Source: Octopus vulgaris (lineage: Eukaryota). From it: a stretch of DNA of 64,000 nucleotides. Location: positions 66,030,001-66,094,000 of the forward strand of contig OX597832.1 of NCBI GenBank assembly GCA_951406725.2. Direction: 5' to 3'. Position numbers and translations under genes: made by a program. The notes beneath the pieces were generated by a model. It saw only the letters and a list, made by a program, of their open reading frames with translations, had not been told where the DNA came from and did not search any database. This document shows, one piece after another, positions 54,972 through 64,000 of this stretch. Each line of letters starts with the position of its first letter. The first letter of the stretch is position 1.

Positions 54972-55187
54972 TAAAGTGATAGCATTTTGTGAGCTTAATG
55001 TAACAGTCCCATAAAAAGGAAGAATGCTACTGTTATTTAGCCCTGTTATTTACTGTCATTTGAGATAGGAAACAGTGTTTCCTATGTCAATCCCAACAGG
55101 AAACGTTGTTTCCTTGGGTTAAATAACAGTAGCATTCTTCCCTTTTATGAGACTGTCACATAAATTTGACAACATGCTATCACTTTA
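54972..55187. mobile_element. Fold-back MITE-like element with two internal hairpins
   Basis: ~72-bp arms (taaagtgatagca...ggaagaatgctactgttatttagccc / gggttaaataacagtagcattcttcc...tgctatcacttta); internal ataggaaac-agt-gtttcctat and aggaaac-gtt-gtttcct. Confidence 0.8.
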
Positions 55188-56552
55188 TTTATATTGATTG
55201 TTGACAAATTCTATGGCAGGGATGCGGCGGGGTTTGAATAATAAAACATTTCTAGGAGAAAGAAATAGAATCATTACTGCTATGTATTAAGGAAAAAAAA
55301 TAATAAGTATCACATAAACAGGCATTGATAGAAAACGTTATGCACGATTAAATACATTTAGCTAAATATGGTTATAAAACATGGTGTCAGTATGATTTTA
55401 TTTATCATCTCAAAGAATTTAAATTTCTGAAATAAAAAATATAAAGATTTGAGGAAGAATATTTTTCTGGTTCATCATGACATTTACCACGTTAGTTAAA
55501 ATCTTTGAATTACTGTTTCACAATAGAGAATTTCACGATGTCCTCGTATCTTTATTTATTAACTTTACATGGCCGCTGTATAATTTTATCATCTTCATTC
55601 AAACGCTATTATAATTAATACAATTGCTTTTTCTTGTAAAATTTAAATTAATCACTTATTGAAAGATTTACAATATTTCTATCCGATTGTGGATGTAGGA
55701 ATGATATCAAAAAACAGAAGAAGTAAAAAGAAACAAGCGTAAGTAAGGAGAGGGTAAGTGTTGCCTGGAATACCAGTGTTGATGTGTTAGCAAATCTACA
55801 GTTTTAAATTACTATGATGATCACGGTGCTTTTAAAAGTCCCTAAGAGTTTCGCCTATCCCACAATTATGCTATTTTAAGTTATCTTAAATCGACAAAAA
55901 AAAAATAGTATCAAATTGTTTTTTTCTTTAGCAAATATATGAAGAAATGAACAATTTCACTAGAAATACAGAAATACACAAATAGATATTGACGGAGTGA
56001 AAACTAGGGTATTTCATTTAAATATGTAATATATAATACATTATGAAAAACGAAATTCTAAAATGAGTTGAAAAAGAAGTTAGTGAACTAAATTCATCAA
56101 GAAGTAAACATCATACTCAACAGGGTCTCGAAAATAAAAGAAAGCAAGAGAACTCCATCTCGTATGAGTAGGTAAGTTTGAACAAAATTGAAGCGGAGCA
56201 GCAAATCAGATAACATCTTTCTTCACCAGTCTATTATTATTTACTCATGATATAGTAGCAAGGAAAATAAAATAAAATCTTACAACAAAAACAACGGCAA
56301 AATATGTAAATATGATAAAATATAATGAATAGCAAAGAAAAGAAAGAAGAATGTATTTTGGAAATATGCAGAAAATAGCATTAAGAGGTTACAATGGTCG
56401 AAGATATGTTCAAGTCTGGGCGTATTAGCTATTCAAATAGAATAGAAATAGCGTGACTTTGTATTAATGAGATACAGAAATGAATGAATGTACGTGAATG
56501 TATGTTTGTATGTGTGTATGTATGTTTGTATATGTATGTATGTATGTGTGTT

Positions 56553-56585
<33 letters not shown>

Positions 56586-57165
56586 GCGTATTTCTGTGTG
56601 CGCATTTGTGTGGTACGCGTATTGGTTGGGAAGATAGAAAGTTTATAGACAGACGGGCTCGATGTTTCATTGGAGATGTTGTTAGATTTGTTGTTGTTCT
56701 TTTTGTTGCATAGTAGGGATATAGATTTAAAAGCAGACATAAATTATTTTTGGGTGTGTGTACATAAACTGGAAAGCGTATATTATAAATGTGGGTTTTG
56801 AATATGAAGCGAAAACAATTTTTTTCTCGAATAACTGAGTTGCTACTGAAAAGTTTTGGAGATAGCGATAACAGTAAAGAGAAGAAAGATTAATATACAA
56901 GCACACACAAAAACACACGCGTTCACACACACACACGCGCACACGTTCACACACAGACACACACAGACACATGTTTGTGTATGTGTATATATGCATGGAT
57001 ATATTTAAATACATGTGTTGGAGTATGTGTCTGTTGAGTTTGTTGTTAGTGAGAGAATGAAACGAAGACCATTTCTCTCCCACTCACTCTTTCTCCCTCT
57101 CTTTCTTTCTCTCTCTCAAACTCTCCCTTTCTCGCCCTCTCGCTTTGTATACACACACACACACA

Positions 57166-57254
<89 letters not shown>

Positions 57255-57774
57255 GTATACATACATATATAAGTTATGATATGATGGAAAAAATATCAGA
57301 AGAATCCAACAGACGAGGAAAGGAGACAGAGTAACGGTGAAGGAAAGATGCGAAGGAAAGAAAGGTGAGCAGGTAGATGAAGGTGAAGTAGAGTTTACCT
57401 GATAAGAAGACAGAAAGAGAAAGATAGAAAGGGCGAAAGATAGCAGACTAATATAAATATGTAGGGTAAGAACAGAGATAAGAGCATATGTCAAACAGAG
57501 ATTAAAGGTGATATCAGTCAAGCGAAGGAGACTTTATTATAAGCATGCGAAAGATTGATGGAGCGTCAACCAGTTTCATTTTCAGCTCAAACAGCTGGCC
57601 ATAAATTCCGAGAAATGTTCGGCCAGGCTATCGGTGACGTGCTTAGACCGTCAGAACTGATTGTTAGGTGAATAATACAAAGGTATCTACTCAAAGCCAC
57701 AATTTTTCTTGAAACCATGGTTGCTATGTATCATGTGAGCGTATGTGCATGTACACACACACACATATACATAT

Positions 57775-57858
<84 letters not shown>

Positions 57859-57935
57859 ATATGTTTATGTATAAATATATATGTATATATATATATATAT
57901 ATATACGTACACATGTATGTATATATATGTATGTA

Positions 57936-57977
<42 letters not shown>

Positions 57978-58685
57978 CATATACGTAACATTCCGTATGT
58001 ATGCTAGTGTGTGTTTCTTCTTCCCATTATATCTTTTTCATATCCTTACAACATGCCTATAATGTTATCAGTAAAGACAATGGCAAAAAGAAAGCCGTAT
58101 GAGTACGCACACACTCAAGCACACACATACATACCCACACATGTGCATATACAGCCTCAAACATGAGCTTCTATATGTGTTTATATGCTTACGGACATAT
58201 TATCTTATGTGTATATACATAAATATCCATGTGTGAATATTTATATTTATAAACATATAAATATATATATGTATGCATCCACACATATATATGTATGCAT
58301 CCACACATGTGGATACATACATACGCGCGCACACCCACCCACACACATATGTAGGTACACGCACACATTAACCCACACTTGTGTACGAGGTTATTTATTG
58401 GTGGCCAAGAGAACGTTTCTATGTTCCTGTGCGTCTCTAACAAGGCATTAATCATTTCAAGCTAAAAATAAAATATAGGATCAGATAAAGAAACAGAGCA
58501 AAGTTGTAAGAAATTTCAGTGAATTACGTGAGAGAAATTCATAGCTACTGATAAATAGAAATTTTAGGCTATATTAAAACTCAGCGAAAATTTCATCTGA
58601 ATACCAATGTAGATTTCCTTAACAAGTGCACCTGTATATGTATAAATGCACACACACGCGCACATACACACTCATACACACTCAT

Positions 58686-58728
<43 letters not shown>

Positions 58729-58871
58729 CATATATATATTTATACCCTCATATAAATGCATACATGTGTGTGTATGTGTATAGTGTGTGAATATATATAT
58801 ATATATATATACATACATGCATATATATATATACAAATATACATATATTCATATATAATTATAGATACTCA

Positions 58872-58915
<44 letters not shown>

Positions 58916-60341
58916 AATATACATATATTTATATACACATACATATATAAATGTATATTCATGTACGCATATATGCAAAAACATATATATACATGGATAC
59001 GTATGTATACACTCACACACACACAAACACAAAGAGAGAGAGAGTGTGTGTGAAAGGGGGGGAGACAGAGAGATAGAGAGAGATTTATTCACCTGAAATT
59101 AAGTATGAACCATATTAATTTTATCAAATATTTGTTTTCAATATGTTTCGCTATCAGTTTCAATTTTTGGTTTGTGTTTTTGCAGCAATTCTTGGCAAAT
59201 GTAATTCAATTAATGAACTTGTAATTCCATTTAGCGATGCCATATAATCATTTCGAAACAGTTATACTTACAAATATTAGTCGAAATCTAATTAAATTTT
59301 ATGTTACGAAAAATAAAATATGATATATTTGATTGCACTTATAAAGAACCAAACGTTCTCCATCCCTTTCTTTCTCCCTCCTTTCCTCTCTAATTCTTCC
59401 CCTCTATTTAAACTAATTCTCTCTTCCTTCTCTACTCTTTCTCTTTGTCTCTCTCTCTCTCTCTCTCTCAAAGAACTTGAACTGAACTAAATAAAAAAAG
59501 CAGTACTTATCCTAACGGCACATCTGTGAAATTTTTCAAAATGTTAATGGGAGTGACAAAGATCGAGACCTGATTCGATCTCATGACTCACTTACCGGGA
59601 ACGCTGATCGTAGTCGCAGGCATAGCGCTGTGCTTATGAATTTCTCTTCGCAACGACGAGGTTTCGTGTTCAGGTCTAGTCCTATGCTGCAGAGCCTAGC
59701 GCATGTGTCTCTTCTGCTATACCACTGGGCTGAACAATGCGAATACAATCTTTCGTCGGGTCATATGATGTGACAGTTTTGTACAGTAAAATATAATTGC
59801 TCGGGGTAAAGGTAACCGTGATGACGTTTGGTGAAATGTTGCAACGTATTTTATATTGCTTGGTGTATACAATAAAGTCTTATTCCTTGTTGTATATTAT
59901 CAGTCTGTTTCTTCCGAAGCTGTAACGAGCAGCTGAAGAGAATTTTGTGTACTTCTCGTTGCAGGTCAGATAAAAGAACGAACGATCTCTGGTTAGGTGC
60001 AATTTAATTCAGCTTAATTTGCCGAGAGCAGAAAGAGTGTTACACTGGAATTTCAAGCACCGCCGGATAGAAACTTCTCAGTTATAAATATTCACATAGA
60101 AGTCATCATATATTCAGCAACGCTTTAGTGCTTTGTTTCTGGTTGAATATATAATATATGTCGTTGTTAGGTAGGAGTTGAGGTGGTATATGTGGGAATG
60201 TTTGGTTTTACTTTGTTTTCCAGGTTTATACTTCCGGTGGTCCGGTTTGCTTGACATATTAATGACCCAGTATAGTCGTGAAAGAGACGCCGGTCGTTTG
60301 AAGCATTCAATACCTGTAATCGATTGCGCCAACTTCATTAA

Positions 60342-60474
60342 TTGATTGGTACTTTAATTTATTCACTCCGAACAGATAATGGCTGCCCTCGGTGGGATTT
60401 GACCTCAGAACTTAAAACCCAAGAAGTAATGTTATTTAGCATTTTGATAACGATTCTAACACCTTGCCGCCTTT
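60342..60474 (-). mobile_element. SINE (family 2), degenerate
   Basis: Reverse complement similarity: cctcggtgggatttgacctcagaac...aacgattct...cttgccgcc. Confidence 0.65.
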
Positions 60475-61061
60475 TGGTCTGGTATGAATTTATCAATAAC
60501 TAATTTGGCATGCTTATACAGAAAAATATCAGCTCGGTATTGATTGGATGTGCAGCAACGTAGCTATCGTCTCCTCGGCATTTGGCGCATTTGCAGTTTC
60601 ATCCGTGTTTCGATACAATGAATAATTTTATATTTTATCACATTTGCTGCTGTCAGATAAGCTTTTAACCATTACTTATATTTGGACAAGCTCGACTCTG
60701 CGTTCTTGAAAACGTTTCGAAAGGAATGTTCACGCCAAAAGAAACTATATTTGACATTCAAATCAAACTTCTATATGATTTCGGTATCACACACCTCTTG
60801 GTAAAGACAATTGCGCGGTACACGTTTCAATTTGTATGATGAAATCCACAGAACGAAAAAGTTGTTTGGTGAGAGTTGTTGGCTGCGCCGAAGAAAATAG
60901 TGAAGATGGTGATTGAACATTTTCTGGGTTAAATGTAGCAGTCTTCGACTGAGTACTGTGCGGTAGAGTAAATTAGTTTGACGTTATGCTCATCGAATAA
61001 TTAATGTAGTTTGTGAGGTATAAAGCTGGTAAAGGAAAAATGAATATTTCAGTGGTGATGC

Positions 61062-61330
<269 letters not shown>

Positions 61331-62399
61331 ATGTATATATATATGTGAATGTATACACATACATTAATATATATATACATATATATACATAAAAATTCAT
61401 ACATATGTTAGTATACACGCATGTACATATTTAAACATATAATTGTAAATATATAATCAGAAATATAAATAAATAAACCTGCCTGTATATGCATACATGC
61501 ACAGACACGCACAGATATATGTAGATGTATGTGTGTGTGTATTTGCTTGTGTGTAAAAGAGAATATGTAGATAGCGGCAATGTTATAGGGAGAGAGTGAG
61601 ACTCAAAGATAGAAATTGATTTTTTATTCCTGGTCTCCTTGTGGAAATCTTACAGCTAATAAATTAGATATTTAACTTGGGTCTCACCGCAATCCTAGAT
61701 TATAATTTTGATATTTTTTTCACAAATTCCACACGCAAGGGAAAAACGTGATTGAGATGCATAACGTATTCAGCCATCAGAGACACTGTCAGGTAAGTTC
61801 ATAATTATAGATCAATATATTTTTCATGTGTTTCATATTCCTTCCTCAGTTAATATATTAGTTTTAATATAAATCTTCGCACTGGCCTACTGCATATTTC
61901 TGCTAATATAGGGCATCCTGTATGAGTGATACCTATGACGATAGAGATATGAGTGGTGGTGTTGGATTTATTTTGCTATTCATTTAGCTTATGTTAACGA
62001 TGAGTAGCAAATTCTTTTGTTTCATTCCATTTAAGTCATGACCTTCCTCAATAAAATCTGAACTCAAGATGGTCAAATACTACTGCTACACAGTGGAGTT
62101 TGCTAACTAAATTTATAAATGCTACATTCTTATGATTATCGCTTCACTGCTTTTATTCGTATAGTGTATAGCATCTCAAATATTGGTTGGTTTGTTTGGG
62201 TTCCTTCGCTTTTCTATACTGTGTTATTTTGTTTCAAAATCCTTTCTTCAAACTTCATGAATGATGTTTTGTTCCTATATTTACATAATTTGATTATCTC
62301 AGAGTACTTTGCCATTTTATCACGTTTTCGCTGGATTTGATTATTTTGAAGGTTTCATCTAGGCATGGATTGCTTGTTATACGGTGCAGCATTTTTTAA

Positions 62400-62830
62400 T
62401 ACGGACCAGTTGGTCGTATGTTTCACTCAACTCTGTTTTAGTCTGCAGACGAGGTTCGTTAGAGATGTGGGGTATCTTTTATATATATTCGAAAATAACG
62501 AGAGATGGTTTCTCAGACGCGTTCATGGTATCTACAGCATTACCAGCGTACGGGTATTTCTGCGTGTCTGTCTTCACCCCATATTTATACATTACATTCC
62601 TTATCATGCAGTTGTTGTTAAATCATTACGTCTCCACCTACACATGATATTTTTCCTTTTCTTTTCCAGGAGATACTATTCGTGGTCCTCTTTCTTCTAC
62701 TACCAGTAATCATGCACACGTTAACCTTATGCATGGATTGCACCTTTAGCTGTGTAATGCTGTTTGGGTGTGTTTTTGCTATTGATGAATTTTTATTTCC
62801 CCCAACTTTCCACCATTTTATTCATATATA
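62400..62830 (+). mobile_element. Degraded Tc1-like transposase fragment
   Basis: RRGSLEMWGIF ~ GGSVMVWG.F, CLHP, a frameshifted ttccaggagatac ~ FQQDN, and PNF.P ~ P.SPDLNP; multiple frameshifts. Confidence 0.35.
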
Positions 62831-63338
62831 CAGTGTCATTTGTTACTGAAGAGGTCACTAGAAAAAAGGAGCATTTATCAATTCAGTTAACAAACCCTAC
62901 TGTATAGCAGCAGTAACTGACCATCTATTCAGTATATATTGAAAATAGTGATGCTTTAAATGAAATCAAACAAAAGAATGTACACCTATCATTCAAATGC
63001 GCTGATTGAATAGCAAAGTAATTCATACTCCACCATACACATCTCCATCCCCATATACTGTTCTTCCTATAACTATTCCCATTACCCTCTACTCCTCCCC
63101 ACCAAATGCGGACAGAAATACCCACATATCTCGTTTGACCTACGTCATGGTAAAAAGGGAAAATATCCCCCTGTGTGGGTCATCCACTGATGTTATAGCC
63201 CCTGAAGAAATGAATCAATGAGGATGATCAACAGGATGCCTAAGGATGCTACGGACGGCACTGTGATCATCCCAGTAATATGGACTGTGATCTTGAGTCA
63301 TGTGATTTGTGGATACGTGCGTAGCGATGTATCTTAGG

Positions 63339-63424
<86 letters not shown>
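63339..63424. repeat. (ATT)n/(TAA)n microsatellite forming the tail or target of the adjacent LINE
   Basis: Perfect run directly abutting the 3' end of the Dong-like element. Confidence 0.95.
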
Positions 63425-63426
<2 letters not shown>

Positions 63427-64000
63427 TATGTTTGACTTTTACTTTATATTTGTACAAGTTGGCTCCAAATCTCACCCAGAGACCTCAAGAGGCAACAGGT
63501 TGGAAGTTCGTATTGTTGTAATGCCTAGTGTGCCATATATTTGGTTTTCTATTTAGTGTTGTACTAGTGAATGCCTAAAAAAAAAACCAAAGTTATGTTT
63601 GTTTTAAAACTTGGGGTTACATAGAAAGTATTTTGCGTAGGATATAAGCAGTTCTCATGAGCACTATCTTTTGAATTTCTGCCATTTTGGGGTCTCCCGA
63701 TATCTGAGTTAGGTAGCGATCAGCCCCTTTTGCTATTATTCCCAGGGCACCTATGACAACAGGTATTGTTTTTGTCTTCAGGTTCCACATTTTGCTGATT
63801 TCTATTTCAAGATCTGTATATTTGCTCAGTTTTTGGTAGGTCTTGACAAATACGTGTATATCGATTGGGACAGTCATATCAATGAGGAGGCATGTTCTTT
63901 ATTTGAAGTCTTTCAATATGATGTCTGGCCTATTTGCATCTATCTTTCTGTCAGTTTGAATGGGGAAGTTCCAGAGGAGTGAAATGTGTTTATTTTAAAG
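63425..64000 (-). mobile_element. R4/Dong-clade non-LTR retrotransposon 3' end (restriction-like endonuclease plus 3' UTR), runs off the window
   Basis: LLWNFPIQTDRKIDANRPDIILKDFK*RTCLLIDMTVP...QKLSKYTDLEIEISKMWNLKTKTIPVVIGALG...IQKIVLMRTAYILRKIL* (RPD/ID..VP/K..KY). One in-frame stop; ends in (TAA)n. Confidence 0.9.

Noticed and set aside
60708-60738. GUGAACA...GAAACGUU on the minus strand, resembling the G3-C8 variant
   Set aside because: The intervening uuccuuuc cannot form stem II and stem I is absent; treated as chance.

Overview
A 64-kb AT-rich, microsatellite-dense, gene-poor eukaryotic window. It is most likely intergenic or intronic DNA of a coleoid cephalopod (Octopus-like), which I infer from the SINE families and repeat texture. 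I can support no host protein-coding gene, and almost all listed ORFs are (TA)n/(CA)n/(AAG)n artefacts. Recognisable content is transposon debris: Penelope-like element (PLE) GIY-YIG fragments, restriction-like-endonuclease LINE ends (HERO-type and R4/Dong-type), an RTE-like RT remnant, a Tigger/pogo HTH, Helitron and hAT MITEs, tRNA-derived SINEs and several fold-back palindromes. The main unannotated signal is a dispersed set of more than ten short non-coding elements, mostly abutting (TA)n tracts, that carry hammerhead-ribozyme (HHR) folds of the minimal PLE/retrozyme type. Several have non-canonical cores: a compensatory G3-C8 swap (GUGAACA), CUGUCGA, CCGAUGA and UUGAAA. Some also have unusual architectures (inverted pairs, a split or permuted HHR in a double palindrome). 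All RNA structures were paired by eye, and none is shown to be transcribed or active.
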